Positions 1 through 9,411 of a stretch of 64,000 nucleotides of DNA are shown here, one piece after another. The DNA is taken from assembly GCA_963737905.1 (NCBI GenBank), contig CAVTUQ010000038.1, positions 32,001 to 96,000 of the forward strand, given 5' to 3'. The notes below the pieces were generated by a model. That model did no database searches. It was not told the DNA's origin and saw nothing but the letters and a program-made list of their open reading frames with translations. This DNA is from an uncultured delta proteobacterium (lineage in GTDB: Bacteria; Desulfobacterota; Binatia; UBA9968). Both the position numbers and the translations under genes were made by a program. Positions within the stretch are counted from its first letter, which is position 1; each line of letters opens with the position of its first letter.

Positions 1-2
1 GT

Positions 3-713
3 GAATCCCAGGTTCTCGAATGGGTCGAGCGCGAGCGACCCGATGTCGTTTGCCTGCAAGAGCTCAAATCGACCGTGGCCCAGGTGCCGTCCTCGCTATG
101 CGAGCTGCAGGGATACCGATGCTATTGGCACGGCGCGCGGGCCTATTCAGGAGTCGGCCTCCACATCAGGCGGGACGCGTTTCTGGAGGAACCGCGCTTC
201 GTGCACCCACCGTTCGACTATGAGACCCGTATCGTGACCGCACAGATGGGCGATCTGAGCTTCGTCTCCGTCTACGTTCCCAACGGCGGCAAAGATTTTC
301 CTGCCAAAATGCAATTTCTGGGCGAGATGGAGCGTTACGTTGCGGAGCTTCATGCGAACGGCCGGCGACTCGTTCTCTGTGGAGACATCAATATTGCCCG
401 CACCGAGCGTGACGTTCATCCGAAGGAACGCAACCCCGCGCTCGTGGGTCAGCGGCCGGAGGAGAGAGAGATACTCGAGCGCATTTTGGCTCAGGGACTC
501 GTAGATGTGGGGCGCGCGCTGGACCCCGATAACGAGAATCTTTTCACCTGGTGGGCACCCTGGCGTAACATGCGTCAGCGCAATATCGGCTGGCGGCTCG
601 ATTACGTTCTGGCGACCGAATCTTTCGCTTCGAAGGCGGCGCAGTGTTCGGTCTATCGTGAAATTGGAACCAGCGACCATGCGCCCGTAGTGGCCGTATT
701 CGACGTGAATTGA
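3..713 (+). CDS. xth: Exodeoxyribonuclease III (AP endonuclease), 5'-truncated by the window edge
   Basis: Frame is open from nt 3 (ESQVLEWVERERPDVVCLQELK...). Motifs CLQELK, YSGV, YVPNG, GDINIA, GWRLDY, SDHAPV. Confidence 0.95.
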   Translation, partial: ESQVLEWVERERPDVVCLQELKSTVAQVPSSLCELQGYRCYWHGARAYSGVGLHIRRDAFLEEPRFVHPPFDYETRIVTAQMGDLSFVSVYVPNGGKDFPAKMQFLGEMERYVAELHANGRRLVLCGDINIARTERDVHPKERNPALVGQRPEEREILERILAQGLVDVGRALDPDNENLFTWWAPWRNMRQRNIGWRLDYVLATESFASKAAQCSVYREIGTSDHAPVVAVFDVN

Positions 714-741
714 CTGGGAGGCTCCCCGTGCGAGTACCGTC

Positions 742-1401
742 ATGAAGAAATCACGTTCACAATCGTCCGATCTCAGTAAATTCGGCAGGCTCGCCGAATA
801 TAACCGGCGGCGGCGCTTCGATGTAACCCCGGAACCCGCTGGCAAGATGGGACGAGCGAAAAAAAAGAAACTGGAATTTGTTGTCCAGAAACACCGTGCA
901 AGCAGTCTCCACTACGATTTTCGCCTGGAGCACGACGGTGTCATGCTTTCCTGGGCAGTTCCGAAGGGCCCGTCCCTCGATCCCGCAAACAAGCGCTTTG
1001 CCATGCAGACCGAGAACCACCCCATCGAGTACAACCGATTCGAAGGCGTCATCCCGGAAGGAGAGTATGGCGGCGGGACCGTCATGATCTGGGATCGTGG
1101 CACGTGGGAGCCCGAAGTGGAAGATGTCGATCGCGCGCTGGCGAAAGGCGATCTCAAATTCGCGCTCCACGGCCAAAAACTCCGCGGCTCATGGGTGCTT
1201 GTGCGGATGCGAGAACGACAATGGCTTTTGATCAAGCACCGCGACAAAGTAGCTTCAAGCATCGACGTCACCGCCGCCAGGCCACGCTCGGCGGTCTCCC
1301 GCCGAACTCTGGCGGGCATCGCCCGCAGCGCCGGCGCCAGCCCGCGGCAGTTAGCGCTAGCCAAGGAAGCCGATGCTTCGTCGACCGGCCCGGCTGGCTA
1401 G
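742..1401 (+). CDS. Stand-alone LigD 3'-phosphoesterase domain protein
   Basis: Y..RRRFDVTPEP, FVVQKHRASSLHYDFRLE, SWAVPKGPS, EYGGGTVMIWDRGTW. No polymerase or ligase domain. Confidence 0.9.
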   Translation: MKKSRSQSSDLSKFGRLAEYNRRRRFDVTPEPAGKMGRAKKKKLEFVVQKHRASSLHYDFRLEHDGVMLSWAVPKGPSLDPANKRFAMQTENHPIEYNRFEGVIPEGEYGGGTVMIWDRGTWEPEVEDVDRALAKGDLKFALHGQKLRGSWVLVRMRERQWLLIKHRDKVASSIDVTAARPRSAVSRRTLAGIARSAGASPRQLALAKEADASSTGPAG

Positions 1402-1520
1402 ATTGCTATCGTCGAGTTTGGGCCGCTCCTAAACCGCGTCACGGATCAATTCGAAGTACACAACGTGGTGGAAAACTCCACCCCATGTACACCGCGGCCG
1501 TAAAAAGACTCCGTTAGAAC

Positions 1521-3083
1521 ATGGCCAATATTTTCAAACAACCGTGTGATGAGGGCGTAGTCTTATCGAGCCCTGCCGCTATTCCGTGCACACGGGAAGC
1601 CGAGCCGTGGATCCTGGCTGCGACTATACTGGGATCGAGCATGGCTTTCATTGATGGGACAGCCGTCAATGTGGCTCTGCCGGCGTTGCAAGGGGGCTTT
1701 CAGGCAACGGTTTTGGACGTGCAATGGGTCGTTGAGTCGTATTCGCTGTTTCTCGCCGCACTGCTTTTGGTCGGCGGTGCAATGGGCGATCGCTTTGGCA
1801 GGCGGCTGGTCTTCTGCTGGGGCGTTGCTTTATTCGCCGCGGCATCCATTGTATGTGGGCTAGCGGATACCGTCGGTCAACTGATCATCGCGCGCGGGAT
1901 GCAAGGAGTGGGTGGGGCGCTGCTTCTGCCAGGAAGCCTCGCCATCATTAGCGAATCATTTGATGAAGAGAGGCGGGGGCAGGCCATCGGTACTTGGTCG
2001 GCGTTCACGGCCATTACCGCAGGCATCGGTCCAGTCATGGGCGGCTGGCTGATTGAGCATATCTCCTGGCGCGCGGTATTTTTTATCAATGTGCCTCTGG
2101 CGCTTGTGGTGCTGGCAATCTCTTTTTTGCGCGTGCCAGAGAGCCGGGATGGCGGTGAAAGCAAAAGCTTGGACTGGCTGGGCTCAGGGCTTGGCACACT
2201 GGCCCTGGGAACGCTGGTCTACGGTCTGATCGAATCATCACGCTTCGGCTTCGGTCATCCGCTCGTGATCAGCACCCTGGTTGTTGGCGTGCTCTCGCTG
2301 GCAATCTTTCTGCTGGTCGAGGCGCATGCCCGTAACGCGATGCTGCCGCTGACATTGTTTCGTTCGCGTGATTTTAGCGGTGCCAATTTAATGACTTTCT
2401 TTCTATACACGGCGCTGGGTGGAAGTCTTTTCTTTGTTCCGCTCAACCTGATTCAGGTTCAAGGGTATTCGGCGACAGCGGCGGGTGCCGCCTGGATCCC
2501 CTTTATTCTCATCTTGTTTTTTCTCTCACGCTGGGCCGGGGGGCTCGTGCAAAAGCACGGTGCGAAATTGCCGCTGGTAGTCGGCCCGACCATTGCGGCT
2601 TTAGGGTATGGATTGTTTACAATCCTAGGCATCGGCGGCAGTTACTGGACCACTTTCTTTCCGCCGGTGGTGGTGCTGGGTTTAGGGATGGCGGTGAGCG
2701 TCGCGCCCTTAACGACAACGGTCATGAACGCGGTGCCGAAAAATAGGGCGGGCATCGCCTCCGGTATCAACAATGCGGTTTCACGTATCGGCGGTCTCCT
2801 TGGCATTGCGGTGCTAGGCATCGTGGTTCTGCATGCTTTCAACCGTGGGCTAGATCAGCGTTTGGCTCGGCTGGATATAACTCCAGAAGTGCGTCGCTCC
2901 GTCGATGAGCAACGCGTCCGGCTTGCTGGCGCGGAACTACCTCCCGGTATAGACGATCAGACACAGTTGGCGCTGAGGCAAGCGATCGATGAATCATTCG
3001 TTGTCGGGTTTCGAGTCGTAATGATGACGGCTGTTGCGCTAGCGCTGGTCAGCGCGATGTGCGCATTGATAATGATCGGATAG
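1521..3083 (+). CDS. MFS transporter, DHA2 (14-TM) family
   Basis: ILGSSMAFIDGTAVNVALP, GDRFGRR motif A, many hydrophobic helices. Confidence 0.9.
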   Translation: MANIFKQPCDEGVVLSSPAAIPCTREAEPWILAATILGSSMAFIDGTAVNVALPALQGGFQATVLDVQWVVESYSLFLAALLLVGGAMGDRFGRRLVFCWGVALFAAASIVCGLADTVGQLIIARGMQGVGGALLLPGSLAIISESFDEERRGQAIGTWSAFTAITAGIGPVMGGWLIEHISWRAVFFINVPLALVVLAISFLRVPESRDGGESKSLDWLGSGLGTLALGTLVYGLIESSRFGFGHPLVISTLVVGVLSLAIFLLVEAHARNAMLPLTLFRSRDFSGANLMTFFLYTALGGSLFFVPLNLIQVQGYSATAAGAAWIPFILILFFLSRWAGGLVQKHGAKLPLVVGPTIAALGYGLFTILGIGGSYWTTFFPPVVVLGLGMAVSVAPLTTTVMNAVPKNRAGIASGINNAVSRIGGLLGIAVLGIVVLHAFNRGLDQRLARLDITPEVRRSVDEQRVRLAGAELPPGIDDQTQLALRQAIDESFVVGFRVVMMTAVALALVSAMCALIMIG

Positions 3084-3225
3084 ATCGGTAGATAACGCCG
3101 CAGCTCTGCGCAAAACCCTCGCACAATTCTGTCGTCATGGATTTCTCTTTTTTTCCTCCTTCACTACGACAACTCTGCAAAAACGACGAGCAAACCGTCG
3201 TTTTCGCCCGCGGCATAAATCATGC

Positions 3226-4932
3226 GTGAAAGAACTGTCGATGTGCCCGCGAAGCTATCGCCTGATTTTTAGCCTGGCTTTCTGTTTCGTTCTCTACTCT
3301 TCGATTTCGGCCAACGCCCAGAATCCTGCGGTCACGGTCAACGTCGATGCCAATGCGAATCGCCATCCTATCAATCCGAACATTTACGGGATTGCCCATG
3401 CGACGACGGCGCAATTGAACGACCTGAACAGCCCGCTCAACCGCAACGGCGGCAATAACACCACGCGGTACAACTGGCAACTCAATGCCGACAACCGCGG
3501 CAACGATTGGTATTACCAGAGCATCGGGGAGGGCAGCGCGACTGCCGGGGAGCGGGGCGATACGTTTTTCACGAACGCACGGGCAGCCAATGCCCAGGCC
3601 ATGCTTACCATCCCCATGATCGACTGGGTGGCAAAACTCGGCTCCAATCGCGGCAAGCTGGCGAGTTTTTCTATCGCCAAATATGGACCGCAAACCGGCA
3701 ACGACTGGCAATGGTTTCCCGATGCCGGGAATGGCATTTTGACGAACGGCCAATATGTCACGGGCAATGATGCGAACGATGCCAACGAGCCATCGAATTC
3801 GCTCTTTCAGCAAGGCTGGGTGCAGCACCTGGTCAGCCGCTGGGGCACGAGCGCCAGCGGTGGGTTGCGGTATTATATCCTCGATAACGAGCCGAGCATC
3901 TGGCACGGGACTCATCGCGATGTCCACCCGACGGGCGCGACCATGGACGAGATCAAAAACAAGATTCTCGACTACGCCGGGAAGATCAAAGCAGTGGATC
4001 CTTCGTCGCTCGTGGTTGGACCCGAGGAGTGGGGTTGGAGCGGATACCTATTCAGCGGTTACGATCAGCAGTATGGGAGCACCCACGGGTGGAGCTCTCT
4101 TCCTGATCGCAACAATCATGGCGGAGCTGATTATTTACCGTGGCTCCTCGATCAGCTGCGCCAGAACAACATAGCGACGGGAAAGCGCCTGCTGGATATC
4201 TTTACGGTGCACTACTATCCGCAGAGCGGTGAATTCGGCAACGATGTCTCGAGCAACATGCAGCTACGGCGCAACCGCTCGACCCGTTCGCTATGGGACC
4301 CTAACTATGTTGATGAATCTTGGATCAACGATCGAGTCCGGTTGATTCCACGCCTGAGAACCTGGGTGAATACTTATTACCCGGGCACGCTCACCGGTGT
4401 TACCGAATATAACTGGGGCGCGGAGAGCCACATCAACGGGGCTACGGCACAGGCTGACATCCTGGGGATTTTTGGACGCGAAGGACTGGACATGGCGGCT
4501 CGCTGGACCACGCCGGCGTCGAACACGCCGACGTACAAAGCGATGAAGATGTATCGCAACTACGACGGCAACAAGTCCACTTTCGGTGATACCAGTGTCG
4601 CCGCCGCAATGTCCAATCCCGATACCGTCGCCGCCTTTGCAGCCCAACGTGCGACGGATGGAGCTCTGACGGTGATCGTTATTAGTAAGTATCTATCGGG
4701 GAATACAGCGGTGACTATCAATCTCGCCAATTTCGCGCACAATGGCACGGCGCAGGTCTGGCAGCTGACGGCGGCGAATAGCATCAATCGCCTCGCGGAT
4801 ACCGGCTCTAGTGGCAATAACTTCGTAGTCACGCTGCCGCCTCAGAGCATTACTCTGTTGGTGGTTGCCAAGAACTCAAATGTGCCGAGCCTGCCCAACG
4901 CGCCGAGCAATGTGACCGTCACGACAGAATGA
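3226..4932 (+). CDS. Secreted glycoside hydrolase family 44 (endoglucanase/xyloglucanase)
   Basis: Signal peptide ending ANA-Q; GGNNTTRYNW, catalytic LDNEP and TEYNWG, VHYYPQ. Confidence 0.85.
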   Translation: MKELSMCPRSYRLIFSLAFCFVLYSSISANAQNPAVTVNVDANANRHPINPNIYGIAHATTAQLNDLNSPLNRNGGNNTTRYNWQLNADNRGNDWYYQSIGEGSATAGERGDTFFTNARAANAQAMLTIPMIDWVAKLGSNRGKLASFSIAKYGPQTGNDWQWFPDAGNGILTNGQYVTGNDANDANEPSNSLFQQGWVQHLVSRWGTSASGGLRYYILDNEPSIWHGTHRDVHPTGATMDEIKNKILDYAGKIKAVDPSSLVVGPEEWGWSGYLFSGYDQQYGSTHGWSSLPDRNNHGGADYLPWLLDQLRQNNIATGKRLLDIFTVHYYPQSGEFGNDVSSNMQLRRNRSTRSLWDPNYVDESWINDRVRLIPRLRTWVNTYYPGTLTGVTEYNWGAESHINGATAQADILGIFGREGLDMAARWTTPASNTPTYKAMKMYRNYDGNKSTFGDTSVAAAMSNPDTVAAFAAQRATDGALTVIVISKYLSGNTAVTINLANFAHNGTAQVWQLTAANSINRLADTGSSGNNFVVTLPPQSITLLVVAKNSNVPSLPNAPSNVTVTTE

Positions 4933-5093
4933 GTCGGCCGGTTTAGTTTAGTCTCTCCTTCGCCGGTGAGAACCACTAACGTCGCTTGACAAAATTTCCG
5001 CAACGGCGCGATAGTGTGCAGCAGTTCTTCAAAAATCGTCGCAGCGCAGTGATTCTGCCAACGCGGGGTCATCACGAAACGTCAGGAGGCATT

Positions 5094-5777
5094 ATGGCGA
5101 TCAGTCATCTCACATTGCGACAAGCGGTCGTCGATGGAGCAAATTTTCTCGTAAGGGTGGGGGCGATCTCTATGAGCCACCACGGTAACTTCAGCGTGCG
5201 TGTGCCCAACACCGACACGATCCTGTTAACCGCCACCAGCTCCTTCGATAATCTGAAACCCGAGAGCTTGGCGCTCCTCGATCTTGAAGGCCGGCTTTTG
5301 GAAGGGGAGATCAATCCGACCAACGCGGAGATCGTGCATATGCACGCTGTGGTTTACAAGCAACGGCCTGAGACGGGGGCCGTGGTCCATACCCACTCGA
5401 CCTATGCGACGAGCTTCGCGCTGGCGAGCCGCTCCATCGGTTGCTCGTACGAGGCGCTCGTGCGCTCGGAAATGATCGACGGCGTGCCCCTGGCGCGCTA
5501 TGGGCCGCGCGGTTCCGCTGCGTCAGTCGATAACATCGCCGTGGCTCTGTCCAACGCGAAGAACACCAAGGCAGTGCTGCTGGAAAATCACGGCGTGCTG
5601 GCTTTTGGCGCGGATCCCGCCGCCGCGGCGCGGGCCAATCTCATCGTGGAGGAGGCAGCTCAGATGGCTATCTATGCCGAGGTTTTGGGAGGCGCGAAAC
5701 CCATACCGTCTGAGATGCTGAGAGCAACGGTTGGTCGTAGAGACGAATTTGCTCGGGCGGGTACTCAGCGGGCGTGA
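5094..5777 (+). CDS. Class II aldolase/adducin family protein
   Basis: GNFSVR, EIVHMH, VVHTHS, LLENHG; GGAGG RBS before ATG 5094. Confidence 0.85.
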   Translation: MAISHLTLRQAVVDGANFLVRVGAISMSHHGNFSVRVPNTDTILLTATSSFDNLKPESLALLDLEGRLLEGEINPTNAEIVHMHAVVYKQRPETGAVVHTHSTYATSFALASRSIGCSYEALVRSEMIDGVPLARYGPRGSAASVDNIAVALSNAKNTKAVLLENHGVLAFGADPAAAARANLIVEEAAQMAIYAEVLGGAKPIPSEMLRATVGRRDEFARAGTQRA

Positions 5778-5881
5778 TACGAGCGAGCGCACGGTATCAT
5801 ACCGTGCAGGATTTGATCTTCAGTGGGCGGCTGCCATGCGATCCGATGAAGCCAGGCGAGAACCGACAATGATGTCTCTTC

Positions 5882-6139
5882 TTAGTGGTACACTCGAGAC
5901 AGTCTGATTGCCTTTTCGATCTGCGGCACAGCTTGTGGGGAAAGATTCGCGGCAAGAGTGCGAAGCATTCTTGCATGAAACTTATCGCAAAGGATCTCGA
6001 TCATCTTGGACCCTGCGCCTGCTTTGGTGGGGTAAGTAACGACGCCATTTTTGAGGACGCCGTACAAAGGAGACTTCTCGGAAACCCCACTTAGCAGGCG
6101 ATCATAGTGTTCAGGTGAAATCTCAAGCAGTATCTTCAT
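5882..6139 (-). CDS. Small hypothetical protein
   Basis: 85-aa ORF with an ATG start filling an intergenic gap; protein-like composition. Confidence 0.55.
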   Translation of the reverse strand: MKILLEISPEHYDRLLSGVSEKSPLYGVLKNGVVTYPTKAGAGSKMIEILCDKFHARMLRTLAANLSPQAVPQIEKAIRLSRVYH

Positions 6140-6356
6140 CCGCCAACTTTAAGTTATTCCGTCGATGGAAATCAAGGGATAAAGATGGCATTTTGGGCCG
6201 CGTTCGTGGAAAAAATTGCAATCAGTGGTTGGTGATCGTTTGGTTAAAACGCCTATCTATTTTGTAGACACGAAAGTGGGGGGAATGATCGAAGTCGCAC
6301 TCTATCGCGGCGGCGGGCCGCGTTTCATGCGAGCTTTTCGAGGTTCGTTTAGGGCG

Positions 6357-7403
6357 CTAATCAGCGAGCAGTTTTTTCACCCGGTCAGTGACCTCTCGAG
6401 GCTGATCCATAATCTCCCTCAGTAGAGCTTGGAGGTCTTCGCCGGTTGACGGATCCATATCCATTCGGCCTTTATTGGCCTCCGCTATCAGCTCAGGATC
6501 TCTCATAGCCTTTGCGTAGGCCTCGCGCAGAACCCTTACTCGATCCGCTGGAGTTCCGGGAGCAGCAACCATGGGGCGACCAAAGTCTCCGGCGGCCAGG
6601 ATGACACGTGTCAGCCGGCGCCCCACATCGGGAGTTTTGTATTGATCCATCAATTCGAAAAGCGTAGGCGTATCTGCCAATCTCGGGTCCCGTTTTGGAC
6701 CGCCTTGAAGGATATGGCGGTCAAAACCATTCTTGTGCCAAGTATCAAACGGTTCGCGGCCGAAGTGGGGTGGAATGTCCATGCCCCGGCATACGATCTC
6801 GCCGCGTTCCACGGCCACATCGATCTCACTGCCGCCTGGATAACCGGTCACCGTCTGGAGCTTGGCCTTTAAATTTTCTTCCATAAGTTTGGCCAAGAGA
6901 TAGCCGGTGCTGGCGGTTCCCGTTGCCCCACACTTGGGCGGCTCACTCGCCTTGATGATATCGCCGATAGATTTATAGGGCGAGTCCGCTCGAAAATAGA
7001 GCATGACCGGAGCTTTTTCCTGGGTGCCGATCCATTCGAATTTGCGCACATCGAATTGGACTTCTTTCCGTTCTACGAGTTGATCCAGATACAGGCTGTT
7101 GATCGGTACGAGCAACGTCAATCCATCTCCCTTGGAAACGTTGTAGACATAGTTCGCTGCAATCACAGAGCTGGCTCCCGGCATATTCTGCACGATGATC
7201 TCCGGATTACCCGGGATATATTTCGGCATATAGCGGGCAAGCAGGCGCGCCCAGCGGTCATAAAAACCTCCGGGCGTAAAACCCACTACGATACGAATGG
7301 TTTTGCCCTGATAGAAGGCTTGCGCTTGGGCGTTTGCTGCGGGCTCGCCGGCGAGGGAGATGACGAGCACAGCGATCAGGATCGACAAACCTCTTTGCCA
7401 CAT
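6357..7403 (-). CDS. Tripartite tricarboxylate transporter substrate-binding protein (TctC/Bug family)
   Basis: Signal peptide; IRIVVGFTPGGFYD, IVQNMPGA, GYPGGSEIDVAVERGE, APGTP. Confidence 0.9.
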   Translation of the reverse strand: MWQRGLSILIAVLVISLAGEPAANAQAQAFYQGKTIRIVVGFTPGGFYDRWARLLARYMPKYIPGNPEIIVQNMPGASSVIAANYVYNVSKGDGLTLLVPINSLYLDQLVERKEVQFDVRKFEWIGTQEKAPVMLYFRADSPYKSIGDIIKASEPPKCGATGTASTGYLLAKLMEENLKAKLQTVTGYPGGSEIDVAVERGEIVCRGMDIPPHFGREPFDTWHKNGFDRHILQGGPKRDPRLADTPTLFELMDQYKTPDVGRRLTRVILAAGDFGRPMVAAPGTPADRVRVLREAYAKAMRDPELIAEANKGRMDMDPSTGEDLQALLREIMDQPREVTDRVKKLLAD

Positions 7404-7539
7404 AACGGTCTCCTTGCGAGTTGTTCAGGGCTTCTTACAACAGCCCGTGATCAGAACGCAACGGCCCAAAAAAATCCGAAGTCGGAAGCCCCAGCCCATC
7501 GAAATTTTCGATTTGTCGTCGCTGTTGTGGTTCCCTGAT

Positions 7540-8115
7540 TCAATCCTCGATATACTCCGGCACAGCTTGCTTTTTAGCGACCGCGCCCGCCATGTTGGCA
7601 AGTCTGACCGGGCTGGGTCGTCGCTGCGCCATTTTCGATTGGAATCTCCACCGAACGATTCCCTCCGCGTCGAGGAGGTACGTCGTTGCGTGCACCATCG
7701 GACCGCTCCAGTGATGCTCGCGAGCCGCTCCGACTTTTTCGCTCAATGTACACTCGGGATCGCTGATGAGCCGCAACGGAAAGACGCTCTTGGGATCTTG
7801 CCAAAAAGCGTCGTGTGCCTTGTGAGCGATCTGATCGAATTGGGCATCGCGAATAATCCGTTCGCGGAGTTGCCGGCCATTTTCCGCTGATTGCGGGCTA
7901 ATCCCGAAGATGGCGACGTTGTGTTCCCTGAATCTTTCGTACTCATAGATAAAGGCCGCGACCTGGGCCCGACACCAAGGTCACCATTGTCCCCGGTAGA
8001 AGAAAACGATGGAGGCCGGCGCCTTATTAAAGACCGATGGAAACTCGATCGCATCTCCATCGATATCCCGCAGGGTTACGGCGGGAAATTTTGCTCCGAT
8101 ATCTAAAAGTGCCAT
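7540..8115 (-). CDS. AhpC/TSA peroxiredoxin-like selenoprotein (UxxC), 191 aa, in-frame TGA at 7983-7981
   Basis: Manual translation: MALLDIGAKFPAVTLRDIDG...IVFFYRGQW-TGA-PWCRAQV...VAIFGISPQ...LISDP...TYLLDAEGIVRW. One frame throughout; AAAGGAAG RBS; SECIS-like hairpin after the TGA. Confidence 0.9.
7953..7970 (-). promoter_or_regulatory. Candidate bacterial SECIS element
   Basis: GGGCCCAGGUCGCGGCCU starts 11 nt after UGA. GGCC/GGCC stem; apical CAGGUC resembles the E. coli fdhF SECIS loop. Confidence 0.7.
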
Positions 8116-8425
8116 TGTTTCTTCCTTTCACTCAGTCCGCCGTTGAGATTTGAGGCACGAGCTCTTCTCTTCATCATTTTCTGACCAGGAGACCCAGCCG
8201 CAACGCATTGAGGTTAAAATAGGGCAGGGCAAGCACGGACGTCAAGCCAGATTCGCAGGAGTTCCAATGCGATAGTTAAAAATAAAGCACCTAACCCCCG
8301 CCGGTTCATCGGCAATCACCCGCTTCAGAAAGCCTGGATTGATGACAAATACCTTGTGTCCGACGGGTTCCACCCTTCTTCAGCCAGGAATTGACAAGGA
8401 AAAATATTATGATATTGGATAGCTC

Positions 8426-8761
8426 ATGGTTTTAGCTCGAAAGAATGCAGTGGTTGGTTTTAAAATAGTTTTATTTTTAGTTTTTGCCATTTTCGCTCTG
8501 TCGCTGCAGTTTGAACCTAACGGGTTTCCCGTATCGACCGGGATTTTTTCCGTCAAGCAGATCAATCTAACAACGGTTTTGCCGCAGCAAAAATCCAGGG
8601 TCGAACTTGCTTCAATCGCCGACGCGAAAAATCAAAGCCCAAAACTTAAGCCGTATTTTTTGCGGATTGATTACAAGCAAAACCTTTTGGTCTGGCCCGT
8701 CGTGGCCGGTAATCTAACCCGCTCACCGCCATACATCGCTCCTTTCCAGTCGCTTTCATAA
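8426..8761 (+). CDS. Small membrane/secreted protein with a near-C-terminal RSPP motif (possible arrest/leader peptide)
   Basis: N-terminal hydrophobic segment KIVLFLVFAIFALSL; C-terminal NLTRSPP; TTGACA at 8391 upstream. Confidence 0.5.
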   Translation: MVLARKNAVVGFKIVLFLVFAIFALSLQFEPNGFPVSTGIFSVKQINLTTVLPQQKSRVELASIADAKNQSPKLKPYFLRIDYKQNLLVWPVVAGNLTRSPPYIAPFQSLS

Positions 8762-8879
8762 ACATAGCTTTCCGGCGGCTTGGTTTTTTCCGATAGCCCG
8801 CGCGGGAGGTCTACCCCACGCTTATTTGTGCGGCGGGAACCTCACACGCGTTTGAAAGATCGGGAACGCATCAGGCAAT

Positions 8880-9380
8880 TTGCCTTTATTCAAAACACGA
8901 CAGGCGTGTGGCACTTTGGATCAATGGACCGCATATAGTGGACAGGAATTTCAAGGGGGTGCAATCGTGCTTCGTCGAAGTGAACTAAGCTTAGAAGAAC
9001 ATGGAAATTCTTTGCTCCAACTGGATCATCTTATGCCGAGTCAGTTCTCTGACACGTTGCGCAGGAATACTTATCTAGAGCCGGAGAGGGTGCTTATGCT
9101 TGCGGTTCTGGAAGACGCAATCTACTGCGTGCAGAAGCACGCGACATGCGCACGAGGAAGAAACCGGAGATTGTTTGATGAGACGATCAATTGGGTGCGA
9201 GCGGAAAATGATGAGTGGTTCTTTTCGTTCGAGAACGTGTGCGACACGGTCGGTTTGAATGCCAGCCGTCTCCGTCACAGCTTGCTCGAAATGGTCGCCG
9301 GCAGATATCCGGTCAAGCGGATCACTTTATACTCACCGGCGCATGGTCATCGATCCGGAGAGCTTCGAGCCAGAGGATAG
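8880..9380 (+). CDS. Conserved hypothetical protein (true start probably later, e.g. GTG 8967)
   Basis: PERVLMLAVLEDAIYC...W...FSFENVCDTVGL resembles a recurrent small uncharacterised family. Confidence 0.65.
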   Translation: MPLFKTRQACGTLDQWTAYSGQEFQGGAIVLRRSELSLEEHGNSLLQLDHLMPSQFSDTLRRNTYLEPERVLMLAVLEDAIYCVQKHATCARGRNRRLFDETINWVRAENDEWFFSFENVCDTVGLNASRLRHSLLEMVAGRYPVKRITLYSPAHGHRSGELRARG

Positions 9381-9411
9381 ATGGCGCGCCGGTTGAAGTT
9401 TACAGGCCGGC

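Noticed and set aside
8908-8925. Sigma54 promoter at TGGCAC
   Set aside because: The -12 TTGC element is missing at the required spacing.
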